Below, piece after piece: positions 25,881 to 40,519 of a stretch of DNA of 64,000 nt. Origin of the DNA: Octopus vulgaris (taxonomy: Eukaryota); NCBI GenBank assembly GCA_951406725.2, contig OX597818.1, positions 73,470,001-73,534,000 of the forward strand, in the 5' to 3' direction. A model generated the notes under the pieces. That model saw only the letters and a list, made by a program, of their open reading frames with translations. It was not told the DNA's origin and made no database searches. Within the stretch, counting starts at the first letter, position 1. Each line of letters starts with the position of its first letter. The translations under genes and the position numbers were made by a program.

Positions 25881-26657
25881 TTAATACCTAGTATTGCTCG
25901 TAGTCTCCTTTAGAGAGGTTTAGAAGTAATAATATTTCTATTATATATATATGAAAAGCATAAACAATATACATTATTCTTTGTTTTATTTGTGGTTTGT
26001 AGACTTTCCACTGCTTCTGATATGCATTGTGGGTGTATTCAAGGTTCTCTTTATTTAATCGGTGTATTCATCAATTGAAAATACTGATGGGCCGTTAAAA
26101 ATGCTATGGTCTTCGGAATCACATCAAGATATGGAAAGATTGGAGAATAGAAAAGAAAATAGAAGAGAAAAATATAGGCAACAATAGACCAAGACTGAGT
26201 GCCTGAAAAGGGCGAGTTAGTTTCATATAGATACAATGAATATATTCCCTCCCTCTCCTTCCTTTCTTGTCTAGATACTTTTCATCTGCTTTTTCTACTT
26301 TCTCTTCTGTTTTTTCTTCTCTACTCTTTCCTTATCTTTTTTATATATTGGCACTTAATATGCTGGACTGCGAAGCACGATAATATTGTTAACGGTCGTT
26401 CACTGTTTTTAATCCTTGAGTAAACAGAACCACGAACGCACCCAAAATGTATATCAGAAACCGCAGTAAGTTTACAGTGCCCAAATAAGTAAATGCGTAA
26501 CCAAAGATTTAAAAACCTGATTGGTGACGGAATCCCACTTCGAAACTCATCCTGGAGTTCAATATCAATCATAAAACATTTTTGTTAGCGTGGTGAAATT
26601 TTGATAAGCAGTGAGCTATGTTGCGTTTTCTACTGCCAGATAATCATTTATATCTCC

Positions 26658-26730
<73 letters not shown>

Positions 26731-26735
<5 letters not shown>

Positions 26736-26970
26736 GAGTTACCGTTAAGTGGTTAACTCTAGTGCTAAAAATAGCTGTTGGTGTTAAACTGATGGTATTA
26801 TTAAATTAATATCTAATTTTTCACCCTTATTTATGAGTATATATATATATATATATATATAAGAGAGAGTTACCGTTAAGTGGTTAACCCTAGTGCTAAA
26901 AATAGCTGTTAGTGTTAAACTGATGGTATTATTAAATTAATATCTAATTTTTAACTCTTATTTATGAGTA
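26731..26970. repeat. Two direct ~110-bp copies separated and flanked by (TA)n
   Basis: aagagagttaccgttaagtggttaac...ttatttatgagta occurs at 26732 and 26861. Confidence 0.9.
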
Positions 26971-27514
26971 GATATATATATATATATATATATATAGTTT
27001 CTTTATTGGCCACACAGGGCTGCACACAGATGGGACAAGTTACAAGGTAGAGCTTTTCTTTTGGGGGATGAAGAGAACAAAAGAGAAAAAATAGGGGGTG
27101 GCGTAGGTTTTCGATCAAGAGGGATCGTAAAAGGGAAGAAAAGAACAAAAAAAAAAATTGAATAAAATAAAAAGAAGAAAAAGAAGAAAAAAGAAAAGGA
27201 AAAGGAACAAAAGGAAAGAGAAATGAAAAAAGAAGAAAAAAGGGGAAAAAAAGGGGAACAGGAAAAAGAACGATCAATAGGGATCGTGTATCACAGTGTT
27301 ATGATATATGGTGTAAAGGGGAAAGCAAGTAAGGTTTATCTGTGGGAAGAAAAGCCTACGAAAAAGGCCACGGTAACCTTGGTCAATATTGATATATGTT
27401 ACCACATTTGTTTGCAAGTGGGTAACCCTCTGTTTTCAATTTCTGGGTTCATAGGATTATGCTCAAGGTGGCTTCGTCATTCATACGTGCCATCCTTGCT
27501 ACATTCACCCATCT

Positions 27515-27760
<246 letters not shown>

Positions 27761-28481
27761 GTGCATTGCAATTAATCTCCCTGTTCCACAGAATCAGCGG
27801 GTGAGGTAATTGTTAGAAAAAGAACCAATTAAAGAAAGCATGTTACAGGCTGCCACATCATACTCGATGAGCAGCGACAGCTATATATGTGCCTGCATAT
27901 CTGTTCATACTAAATCACACACTCACATATACATCATAAATAGATACATACACACACTCACAAACACACACACAAACATACATATATATATATAAATATA
28001 TATGGTGACCGGTAATTTGACTGCCAGTCAATTTCCCTCCCGATATTAGTAAAATACAAAACGTTGAATAAAGAAAAAATAAAATGTACAGTAAAAGATA
28101 AAAATATTACTAAAATCTTCAATGATGAAAATCATGAACTCACAAAAATCCGTCTTATTTTCGAGACTATATCACTCAATAATTATCTGTAGTTGTTTCT
28201 TTATATCTATATACCTTTTGGTGGCTCCCAGATCACACCTCGATCAAATTCAGCCTTTCTCATTTGTGGCAAGTGTTCTTCCTTTTGCAATGCAGTGATT
28301 AATTTCCATATATTCGCATGTGTGCAAGTTAAAGAATTTTTAGTGCGTTGTGATATCCCTCTAAATGCTTATTTGTGTGAGGCGTATCCGAATATGTTCT
28401 AAAGCAAGCATTCCAACTATCAATGGGAAAGAAAGAAATTTTTCATGCAATTTCAAATGATTGACCAGACTGTTGAAATTA

Positions 28482-28542
<61 letters not shown>

Positions 28543-31247
28543 TCTCTCCCTGTATGTATGTATATGTATATATATCGCTCTGTAATTTTAATCTACAATC
28601 TGTCTAAACCATTTTTTCTATTTTTTGTATCCATCAACAATCTCAAAACTAAGCATGCTGCGAGAAATGAAATGATGAAACAACGTATTTGTTGACGGTT
28701 TTATATTGAATCATAAAGGCTGAGAATTCAAAAACCATTCCCAGTATTGCAAACATTGCTATTCTTTCGAAATTCATTTACTTATTATTTTCCAAGCATA
28801 CTCGGAATTTCAACGGGTGGGAAGTAACATTTGAATGAAATATATTGCTTTTACCACACATGAGTTCTAAATGTTCTTTGTGTTTCTTATTGCAATGTAT
28901 AAGCTATTTCAGAGGCACATTGATATACTAAGTGGATTCTGAATCCAAATGTGTGTAGAAACACGTGTTTGAATAAATCCCACTGAAGTGAAGGAAGAAT
29001 TGTCTTTAACTGTGCTGTATAATTTTATATAGAACAATTGTATATTTATTATAAATTATCTTGATAGAAATCACAGCATAAATCTAATTCACACAGTAAT
29101 AGTTTCAAATAAATAGGTACTGGCAGTAGAATATATCCTGTGAAATAGTATAATATCGTTGTTTTAATTATCTCTACTTGCATATCGTTATGCCTTTCCG
29201 ACATTATATTGATCATTGCCATAAATTAAATTTAATTCCCAGAGTGAATAAACACAAAATAACCCCTTCGACGTCGTCTCCATAACAAAAAATAAAATAA
29301 AAACAAAACTGAATATCTAAAAATACCATTCATTATCCTTCATATCCATATCGTAACAGCTGCCCTATATTGTCCTTGATTTGTCAGTAAAACGGTTGGA
29401 AATGTTTACTAAATAACAATAACCACTAAACTTTAACCTTTATTATGACCCTTCGTTCCACTGCTGAATATGGCATTAACCTCACATAAAAATCATTAAT
29501 CAAAGGATGTCTTTATACATTATGGATAATCAGAAGTCAAACTATATTTTTATACATAAGTTCATCATCGTGTACAGGAGGATTTTAATATTATCATCTG
29601 AACTAAGGGATTATGTCATTGTCCTCAAAATAAAACGTCATGTTAAATTAACCTTTTTCAAGTACTACCACATAAATTACACTCTCCTGTTTTGCAAGAG
29701 AAAGTGTTACTAGCTAACATTGTTTTTGAGTGGTATGTGAGTGGAAAACTGTGGATTGTTTATGACTGGACTGGAAAAAATGGGTTGTTGAGGGTGAACA
29801 AATCAACAACTATACAAACATGCATAAATATGCTACAGCATTTTGACGGAACAGACAGTTCCGTTACTAGACGCAGAAAACTTCAATGAATTTTATGGAT
29901 GTGTGTTCTATACATATTCCAGTAAATGCTACATAATTTGATATTTCATTCCTCCAATTTAGCACAGTGTGAATATATAACAATGATTTAATATAGGATA
30001 TTTCCAGGGAATTAAGACAGACATAATTGCAATATTTGTCACCCATCCTGGTTGAAGTCTTCATCACTTTCAAGCTGTGATGATAGGTGGTCCGATATAC
30101 AATCATATATATATATATATATATTGAGGCGATGCTCCAGCATGGCCGTAATCATACGACTGAAACAAGTAAAAGAAAAACTGATTTCATGCATGCATAT
30201 ATGTGTGAGACAGTGAGAGAGAAAGAGTCTGTATTTATGCGTACTTGTGTAAGTCTCTGTGTGCACGCGTAAGTGTGTGTGTGAGTAAGTGTTTGAGAGT
30301 GTGCGTGTCTATGTGTGTGCTTGTGCATCAAGTTTCCAACAACTAAATTGCAAGAATTGTTTTTGCTGTAACTCTCGGTTTTGTATTCTTTCTTTATCCG
30401 TTCGCTGCACACATCAGCTTCTTTACCACATACATGTTTCTTACTGCCAAATAAGAATGGCGAAAACGAAACATTTATTCCTGTATGCAGATGTGTATAG
30501 TTCAGCCAGACGTTATACAAAAATAAGTATAAGTTTTATAAGCTTCTTTGCACCATTTCGCTAATATTATGATTCAAGCCTATACATATTGTTTGTATAA
30601 CAAATTATTTTACATTTTAATGTATCTGAAAAGCATGAAAATCATCGATTCATTTCCTCATCGTTCTTTTCAATTTCTCATCTTCATATTTATCTACATT
30701 TACTGACCCAAATACTAATTAGCAAAAATTATATCAATAATTCTAATGTTATTTATTCATTAGTTTTAGAGATAATATATATTTCATGTTCACTATTGAT
30801 TAAAAGTAATGTTTGATCAACGTTCTACTATTGAGGTTTAATATATAATCCATTCTTTGTCTAGTACCAATGACCTTTGTTTCTCAAAAACTTTGGTTTC
30901 ACCATTTCAATTAAAACTTAAAATGCAGTAGGTAATCATATCCAAAATCTATCTTAATTAAATCGTTACTTGATTTAAATAAAACATTGAATCGTTGCAC
31001 ACCAGTGTCTGCATGTATTTTCATATCATCCAATGTGTCTTTGCGTTTGCTAAGATGGTAGGGAGTGATTTGAAAGGGTACTATATAAATACTTTGACTC
31101 CTAGTAGCTCTCAACACCAAGGGATGCATACACACGTGTATACGCACCTACACACACACATATATACATCTGTATATATAAATATATAGATATACATACA
31201 TATATATATTTATTTATACATACACCTATGCACACACACACACACAC

Positions 31248-31304
<57 letters not shown>

Positions 31305-31509
31305 AAGCAGAAAATGGAGTAAACTTTTCTGCTAGTTTTAAATTTGATTCTTGATAAACTCTTGTTTATTCTGCCATTACCTGCATCCTGTGAGCATAGT
31401 TTGTTTGCATATCCATGCTCGGAGTTAACATAGGTATTTTATACCGGTTGTAATAACGGATACTGTTATCCCTTAGCCGGTTATTCCAACCGCTAACTCT
31501 ATTTACCTG

Positions 31510-31576
<67 letters not shown>

Positions 31577-32357
31577 CAAGTGACTGCACAGACTCTCTTT
31601 TCCAATCACTCATTCTTTGTCTGTTTGTCTGTCTGTTCATCTCTATCTTTATCTTTCCCTTTCAGGAAATGCGCATTACTAAGATTAATGTTTACTTCCT
31701 TCAATTACAAAATTTAATGACGAGACCCAATAAATTTAATTATGAAATATTGATGAGAATAAACAAAAATATACACTACTATTATACTGCTTCAATTTTT
31801 TTTCATCGTCAGAAAATACATTGCGGTTCTAATTCTGGATCTTTACATTCTGAGTTCATATCCCACCGAAGTTAAATTTGCCTTTCACCAACACAGTTTC
31901 AATGAATTAATGGGCCACCCAAGTACTGGAGTCGTTGGATTCGACTAACACCGCTTCATGAAAACTTCTGTCATTCTGTCTAAATTAGAAACTCTGATAT
32001 CAGAGACACAATCAGAACTACTGACATTGCTATATTAATAATACCATATGCTGGATGAAACTCAGAATTCACTTGTTGATATTCACAGTAGCTGGTACAA
32101 ATTACATCTCCGACATAGCTCACAAAAGTGTCCTTCAATGCATTCATGATAGAATATACTCCAAGGAATTTGTTTATATATTAAATAAGACGTTATTGCC
32201 ACAGCTAAGTTTTAGCTGATTAGCCGCTGGATGCTAATTAGTTACAAATATAACGGTTGTGTGAATTATAATATTCTATACGCAAACGTAAGAATTTGAC
32301 AATCGCCATACGTAAATTCATACACGCACACATACACGCACACACGCACACATGCAC

Positions 32358-32388
<31 letters not shown>

Positions 32389-32391
32389 TGT

Positions 32392-32433
<42 letters not shown>

Positions 32434-32436
<3 letters not shown>

Positions 32437-33350
32437 CCGGCAGATTTAGAAAATAATTTTTTGTAACTAAACACTTTCAAACTCCGGCCACTGGTAGAAT
32501 GTGTCATATAAAACATCTTTTACTCTTAGCGTTTTTGAGAAAAGTTTATACTTACTTTCTTGTGAAAGTTGTCGTATTTCGGTAATTTCAAGCAGTCAAT
32601 GACGTGTATTTAGCTGAATAAAATTACTGCCGTTGTTTGTTAACAACAACAATCGGTGGTTTATATTTCGTTTGTCACTGTTAGTTATGACCTCATTGTG
32701 CGTTTGTAATGGTTTTAGCTTTATGGTTTCAGGGTTAGGGTTAGGGTTTTAGGGTTAGGGTTAGGGTTAGGATTTTAGGGTTAGAGTTTTGGAGGTTAGG
32801 GTTTTAGGGTTAGGGCTAGGCTCAAGGTTTTAGGTTTAGGGTTAGGGTTGGAGTTTTATCGTTAGAGTTGCGGAAAAAATTTTAAATGACGAAATTGGCG
32901 GGGTAGGGGTAGGGCGACCAAAAAGTCTTTCCGAAAATAGTAGCTGAAAAACAGGAAAAAGAGCTAAAGACAGTAGAAATGCATGAACGATTATGGTGCT
33001 GCCATGAAGTAAACATGCTTCAGATACACTTGTTTATTCATACAAACGTAACTGAGATGAAGTGTATCATAAATAACAGTGACAAACAAAATATACACCG
33101 CTGGAAGTTGTTGCTGACAAACAACAGCAGTAATTGTATTCAGCTGAATACATGTCATTGATTGGTTGAAATTACCGAAATATGACAACTTTAACACGGA
33201 ATAACTTCGTAAATGTGAAATTTTCTCAAAAACGATAAGAGTAAAAGATGTTTTATATGACACATTCTAGGAGTATACGAAGTTTGAAAGTGTTTAGTTA
33301 CAAAAATTATTTTCTAAATCCGTCAGTCAAAGATCTGTCAGGTAAAGATC
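32434..33350. mobile_element. Non-autonomous foldback/MITE-like element, ~260-bp imperfect TIRs, internal degenerate (TTAGGG)n
   Basis: 32440-32695 is the reverse complement of ~33055-33322; ORFs 32238- and 33248+ both begin MFYMTHS. TTAGGG/TTTTAGGG tract at 32731-32850. TA tracts on both flanks. Confidence 0.85.
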
Positions 33351-33418
33351 CATATATATATATATATATATATATACACGTATGTGTGTGTGTTTTTGTA
33401 TGTAAGTGTAATGTACAC

Positions 33419-33595
33419 TCTTTTACTTGTTTCAGTCATTTGACTGCGGCCATGCTGGAGCACCGCCTTTAGTCGACCAAATCGACCCCGGGACTTATTC
33501 TTTGTAAGCCCAGGACTTATTCTATCGGTCTCTTTTGCCGAACCGCTAAGTGACACACCAGCATGCTAGGGGGACAAACACAGACACACAAACAT

Positions 33596-33654
<59 letters not shown>

Positions 33655-33804
33655 TACGACAGGCTTCTTTCAGTTTCCGTCTACCAAATCCACTCACCGG
33701 GGCTATAGCAGAAGACACTTGCCCAAGATGCCACGCAGTGGGACTGAACCCGGAACCATGTGGTAGGTAAGCAAGCTACTTACCACACAGCCACTCCTGT
33801 GCCT
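33419..33804 (-). mobile_element. SINE family A
   Basis: Reverse complement of 37768-38182 with two small deletions. Confidence 0.9.
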
Positions 33805-34414
33805 ATGTATATTGACTTAAAACAATTTAAGTCATATGAACTAAAATACTAATAATTTTAACAAAAGATTGATAGTAAACACTAAAATAAAACATAACGT
33901 TGTATTAAATTAGTGTAATTTACAAAACCAACTTCATTGCAAAATTAACATTGGCTTTTATCAAAGTTTATAATAATTTTCATATCAATACTAAATATTT
34001 GGTCGCAAATTTTATATATTTATGTAAGAAAAAAAAATCTTTCAAAATACAATAGACTTGCGTTAGTGTTTGTAAGCATTTTACAATACAGATCACAAAA
34101 ACTGCGGCGGTGAGACAGACGCGATTTGCAGTACATTTATTATTGTTTGCGACAATTGAAATTCTGTTGATTATTCGAAAACCATGCAATTTTTATGTGG
34201 CAGAGAAATACTTTCATGAAATTAGAGTGACGAGAAATCTTTGTCGTTTTATCGACTTAAATCACTGTAATATTGAATAAGACATTAAGTTAAAATTTTA
34301 AATGCCAATCAAGTCAATGGAGTTAACTTTTACTTTAATTCTTATATAGATTTGTATCATCAGTAATTAAGAAACCAGTGCTGTTAACTTACCCAATTTA
34401 AATATTGAATATTA

Positions 34415-34415
<1 letters not shown>

Positions 34416-34488
<73 letters not shown>

Positions 34489-34518
34489 TAATAATAATAA
34501 TGATAATAATAATAATGA
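34416..34518. repeat. (AAT)n microsatellite
   Basis: Direct inspection. Confidence 0.95.
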
Positions 34519-34519
34519 T

Positions 34520-34719
34520 TTCAAATTTTTTCCACAAGGGGAGCTAGGTGGAGGGGATTAAGTTGATTACATCGACTCTAGTGGGTAACTGGTACTTATT
34601 TATCGACTCCAAAAAGATGAAAGTCGACATCAGCAGAATTTGATCTCAGAACGAAGCGACGGGCGATATACCGTTTAGCATAACGGCCGGCGCGCTAATC
34701 ATTCTGCCAGCTCGACGCC
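34520..34719 (-). mobile_element. SINE family B
   Basis: ctggtacttatttatcgac...ttctgccagctcgacgcc. Confidence 0.75.
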
Positions 34720-34738
34720 TTAATAATAATAATAATAC

Positions 34739-34986
<248 letters not shown>

Positions 34987-35498
34987 GTGAATGCCCTGAT
35001 GCAGTAACAGGCAGTGGTTCTCATGGCTTTTGATCTTAACTGATTATGAGTGTTGTCCATGCATATTTGATTTTGCTAAATCTGTGAGTTGATCTTATTT
35101 TATTGTAGTACTATTCCGAAATTGATCTTCTGAGAAGTTTTATATAGCTACTGAGAAGTGATATATGTCGTTGGTCTTGACAATTTCGATTCAGTCTTTC
35201 GATGAACTGAATTACCTGATCTTTGAATCACTGTGCAGGCGGTTGAAAATTACAAAAGATATGTACTTTTAACTTAATTCTCAAGTAGAATCAGCGTGAC
35301 ACATTTTTTGACAATTCTGCTTTTGAATAATACGTACCATGTGACAGTTTTCTAAACATTTTTTACCTACCCAATTTCACTTACAAATGATGGGTCAATT
35401 CGACTTTATTGAATATTGCATTTGCCCAATAAAACACAACGTGGAATGGAACCCAATAACTCGTTGTTTGTGAAGTAAATTTCTTAACCGTTCAATAA

Positions 35499-36800
35499 TG
35501 CGAGGTGCTATCAAACAGTTCTTGGACTAGTTATTTTTAAGAAAAAAGAGTAACTTATTTACCTAAGTTTTAACATCATCGACAGCGCAGCAATACACCG
35601 ATCACAGCCTATCTGCCACATTTGGAATCCGGCCTGGAGATCGATTTCCATAAATGAATCACGGACCTTCTACGATTCGTTCTGTATCTCGACAACGGTG
35701 TTAAAACGCTGACCCTTGAGCTGTCTCTCATCTTGGGGAGGAGATGGAAGTCTGAAGGTCCTAAATCAGATGAATAGGGCGGGTGCGGTAGCGATACAAC
35801 GTTGTTTTTGTCGAGAAACTCACGAGGGAGGAGAACGCAGTGACAGGGTGCATCGAAGCCGTGAGGATCCCAAACTTTTCGCGCTCCACTGAACCGGCCG
35901 CTTTCGCCGACTGTCCTCACCGAAACACTTCAAAACGTCGCTATGGAACTCTCGATTGACGGTCTGTCCCTGGGAGATGAATGCTCGGTGCATAATACCG
36001 AGGATATCGCTAAAAAATGATAGGCATTCTGTTGATTGAGCTACGGCTCTGTCGTTACTATTTGTTAGTGGAGATGGTGGGGTCTTTTCCATTGCGAAGA
36101 CTACTGCTTCGTCAGAGGATCGTACCCGTAGACTCAACTCTCGTCACAGGTGATGATCCTCGACATGAAGGATGAGTCATCAGCTGTATGCTAACGGATA
36201 TCTTGGCAGACTGTGAAGCGATGTTCTTTCTGATCAGTGGTCAGCAGGAGGGGGTGAAACTTGACAGAAACATGCTGCATGTTCAATTCAGATGTTAAGA
36301 TCGCCTGCACAGTCCCATACGACAAACACACAACATCAGCAATGTCGTTGATTGTCCGCCGACGATCCTCATGTACAAGCTTTTATACACATTTCCGAGA
36401 GTGACGCTCGTGTCTAGTCTTCCAGATTTCTCATCGTCTTCTAGGGATGTTCTTCTGTTTTGAAGCGCTTGTGCCACTAGAAACATTGCGTACGGCCCAT
36501 TGTCTGGCAGCGGTAAGCTTGCCGAAGCATGCTCAATATCTCAGACTTCCCGAGTTTAACGCAAAATTTCACCATGGTCCTTTCTTTTATTTTCCTGTCT
36601 ATAACAACATACACGTGACCTCAACATACACGTGATCACAAGACCACAAATTTCAAAACATCCGAAGTAAAAACAGCGATGACACTCGGCAGGCTGCCTC
36701 ATGAAAGATACTGCTAGCTCTCAATGAGCATGGAACCCTGTGCTGCTATCTGTTGGTACGCTACAGAACTAGTCAGAGAACTTTTTGATAACGTCTTGTA
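35499..36800 (-). mobile_element. Near full-length degenerate mariner transposon (~1.3 kb) with TIRs
   Basis: TIRs tgcgaggtgctatcaaacagttcttggactagtt / aactagtcagagaactttttgataacgtcttgta. Peptides RTSLEDDEKSGR, CDES, GQTVNREF, LPHPPYSSDLGPSDFHLLP (YSPDLAPSD motif). Many frameshifts. Confidence 0.9.
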
Positions 36801-37082
36801 GAAGGTATATGGCAGAATTTTAGCTTTTATCATGTTTCCTTTTATTTGTTTCAGTCCCTAGGAAACGGTTGTGCTGGAGGACAGCTTTAAATAATTGATG
36901 AGACAAACCGACACCAGTATTTATTTTATTTTCTGACAAGTAGTTATTGGTTCTGTGCCTTTCGCCGAACCGCTAAAGAACGAATCGAAAACAACCAACA
37001 GCGTATGTCAAGCGATTGTTTGGATGAATGAAGACACACAAACACACGCACGCGCACATATATTTAAATATACATACACATA

Positions 37083-37210
37083 TGTGTGGTAGGAAGCTTG
37101 TTTCCCAACTACACGATCCCGCATGCAGTCGCACTGTGTGGCAACTTAAGCAAGTGTCATTTACTATTGTGAGTGGATTTGGTGGACGGAAACTGAAAAA
37201 AAATCTGTCG

Positions 37211-37291
<81 letters not shown>

Positions 37292-37597
37292 GTGTATGTG
37301 TGTATGTATGTATGTATGTATGTATGTATGCATGTATGTATATATATATATGTGTGCGTGTGTGTGTATGAGTTTGTATGTGCGTGTATGTATATATATA
37401 TGAGTATGCCTGTGTTTGTCTTCCCACCATCGCTTGAGAACCAGTGTTGGTGTGTTTACATCCCGTAACTTAACGGTTTGGAAAAGAGACCGAGAGAATA
37501 AGTATGATGCATGGAAAGAATAAGTCCTGGGGTCGATTTCTTCAATTGGTGGTGCCACATCATGGCCGCAATCAAATGACTGAAAAAAAAAAGAATA
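37083..37597 (+). mobile_element. SINE family A, older copy with expanded internal microsatellite
   Basis: tgtgtggtaggaagcttg...gtggatttggtggacggaaactg...catggccgcaatcaaatgactgaaa. Confidence 0.8.
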
Positions 37598-37767
37598 AAG
37601 AAATTCATTCCACGTATTTTCCAGCTCTCAGATTCAAATTCACTTACAATGTATTGATGTATCGATGTATTGATCGGTCACAGAGTACCGAGCTGTGCAG
37701 TGGGTTTGAACCCCAAACCGTGTCATTAAAATCTAGTTTCTTCAACGATTTTTGTTCTCTATGTAAA

Positions 37768-37930
37768 GGCGCAGGAGTGGCTGTGTGGTAAGTAGCTTGC
37801 TAACCAACCACATGATTCCGGGTTCAGTCTCACTGCGTGGCATCTTGGGCAAGTGTCTTCTGCTATAGCCGCGGGCCGACCAAAGCCTTGTGAGTGGATT
37901 TGGTAGACGGAAACTGAAAGAAGCCTGTCG

Positions 37931-37975
<45 letters not shown>

Positions 37976-38182
37976 TTGTGTGTCTGTGTTTGTTCCCCCA
38001 GCATTGCTTGACAACCGATGCTGGTGTGTTTACTTCCCTGTTACTTAGCGGTTCGGCAAAAGAGACCGATAGAATAAGTACTGGGCTTACAAAGAATAAG
38101 TCCCGGGGTCGATTTGCTCGACTAAAGGCGGTGCTCCAGCATGGCCGCAGTCAAATGACTGAAACAAGTAAAAGAGTAAAGA
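37768..38182 (+). mobile_element. SINE family A, young full-length copy
   Basis: ggcgcaggagtggctgtgtggtaag...gggttcagtc...aaacaagtaaaagagtaaagag. Close to 53598-54008. Confidence 0.92.
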
Positions 38183-38231
38183 GTATATATATACACACAT
38201 ACACACATACACACTCACACTCACGCACACA

Positions 38232-38315
<84 letters not shown>

Positions 38316-38595
38316 TTTTCATATATGTCTTACCGAGATTCCTAATTATAAGAAGCGTCAGACAAAACTGGAGTATCGCCTGCAGTGTCGAGGTGTCCCA
38401 TATTATTTTATGTCGCCTATTCTACATAGCAAACAATTCAATTAATTAGGATGTGGTATTTTCATTTTTTATCTTATTTTCTATATACCAACGTAGGTTT
38501 ATTGTGGTATCAATGAACTTGTTGATTCATTAATGCCGAGTAAGTGGTTTTAAAAATGAGCAGACATACACTGCATATATATGCTATTGCGTACA

Positions 38596-38678
<83 letters not shown>

Positions 38679-40319
38679 GCGTTTATATATCCAAATACAT
38701 ATACATACATATGTGTGCGTGATATTATGTCGCGAAAAAGGAGAGATAGAGAGAGAGAGAAACAGGGGGAGAAAAAGAGAGAACACTTACACACACACGT
38801 ACAATCAATAGTTTGAGATATGTATCTAGTGATATTTAAACGACCACTACAAATATAAATTCTTTATATATATAATGTAAATGGTTTAATTTTAGTCGTC
38901 AATATATTTACCCTAATGTAATGGAAACATCGTGTTCATTGCATCGGAAGAAGTCGAAATTAGAGAATAAGTTTTCATTAAAGCAACTTCTAAATTTAAC
39001 GAGGTGGATAACAGCCCTGTTTTCGGAGTGCTCACAGAGGAATTCATCAGTTGATTGATCTGTTCAAACAAATAATTATAGCTCGAATAAGACATATGCG
39101 AGAATGTACGTCAAAGAGACGCCTCGTAATTGCATTGATCCTGCTATGAAATTAATGTTCATAGATATGCAAAGACACAAACACAAGCAAAGAAACTTAC
39201 ATACAAACTCATATCTCATGGTGTTTGCGCGCGCGCGCGTGTATGTGTGTGTTGGGGGAGAGAGTGAGAAACTGTGTGTGTAATTAGCGAAGCTTTACAA
39301 AACAGCAGTAAAATCAGATACGTACTATATATTTACAGGTGTGTGACTTCCACAAAATTACGTTTTTATCAACACATCTGCTTAATACATTCTGGTTAAA
39401 AATTAATTAGAAAAAAAAATTACCGTGTATTTCTACTTCCCATATTTTTGTGATATACTTCCATTAATCAACGAATTTTCCCTGACAATTATGTACTTTT
39501 ATGAAAATTAAACAAACTAATTTAGTTGTGAGCAGACTATAAATACCTTTCTCTGTACCATAATAGCCGGGATACTTATCATTTGATCGGTTGGTTGGTT
39601 GGTTGGTTGGTTGATGGTTATCCAGTTACACTTCACATCTCAAGAAGTGCAAGTACATTAAAGAAGAGATACAAATGGAAGCAACATATGAAATACAGGC
39701 CGAGTGTGCATTCGACACTTGCTGACAGGTAATGATTAAAGTGACACAAGCACGTTGAGAGGAAAATATTACACATGATGAAGAAGACATGGTGGAATAA
39801 ATGACTAAGTAGTTATGGGCGACGCTGCACAAATCAGAAATTTGTTTTATATATTATTTTGTTGTAATACATATTTTACTTTAGTAAATTAGTATTCTTT
39901 CATCATTTCTTTATAAGCACTAGACAATTGTTTGAAGTAAAATTATAATAATGCCACATATCTTAATATTGTTAGTGGTGATGAAAGTATAGTTTCAAAG
40001 TTACTGTTGTATTAGGGGTAACAATATATGCCAATAAGTATATGCAGATAATATTTCCCAAGTATCCACGATTGAATAAAAGTGCTACAAAACACTGCAA
40101 CCATTGGAACGAAATGCATTTTTTTCCAGACAAAATAATGAAAATTGAACTTTAGCAATTGTATCTTTTCTGACATTGATATCGCATTCATGACTATAGC
40201 AAAACCAAAGACGTTTCAATTTAACTTACATAACAATTTAACTAATCCTATCAGATGGTACTATTAAGTTAACATGGCCTGGACCGATCCTTGGTCGAAA
40301 CACATATAAGTAATCTGAG

Positions 40320-40357
<38 letters not shown>

Positions 40358-40358
40358 G

Positions 40359-40390
<32 letters not shown>

Positions 40391-40519
40391 CACATACGTA
40401 CATATCTCTATTTATCAATCTATCTATCTCTGTGTAGTGTATACATATAAGTTTAAGCTCGAGGTCTATGGACATGCTGGGACACCACCGATTAGTATTG
40501 CAACCCCTTAATAATCCTC

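Noticed and set aside
32731-32850. True telomere or chromosome fusion site
   Set aside because: The tract is short, degenerate, single-orientation and enclosed by TIRs.
40275-40310. HHR-like gacc..ggtcGAAAC (similar weak cases near 18360, 51220 and 61930)
   Set aside because: The CUGANGA half of the core or stem I is missing, so they are too degenerate to call.
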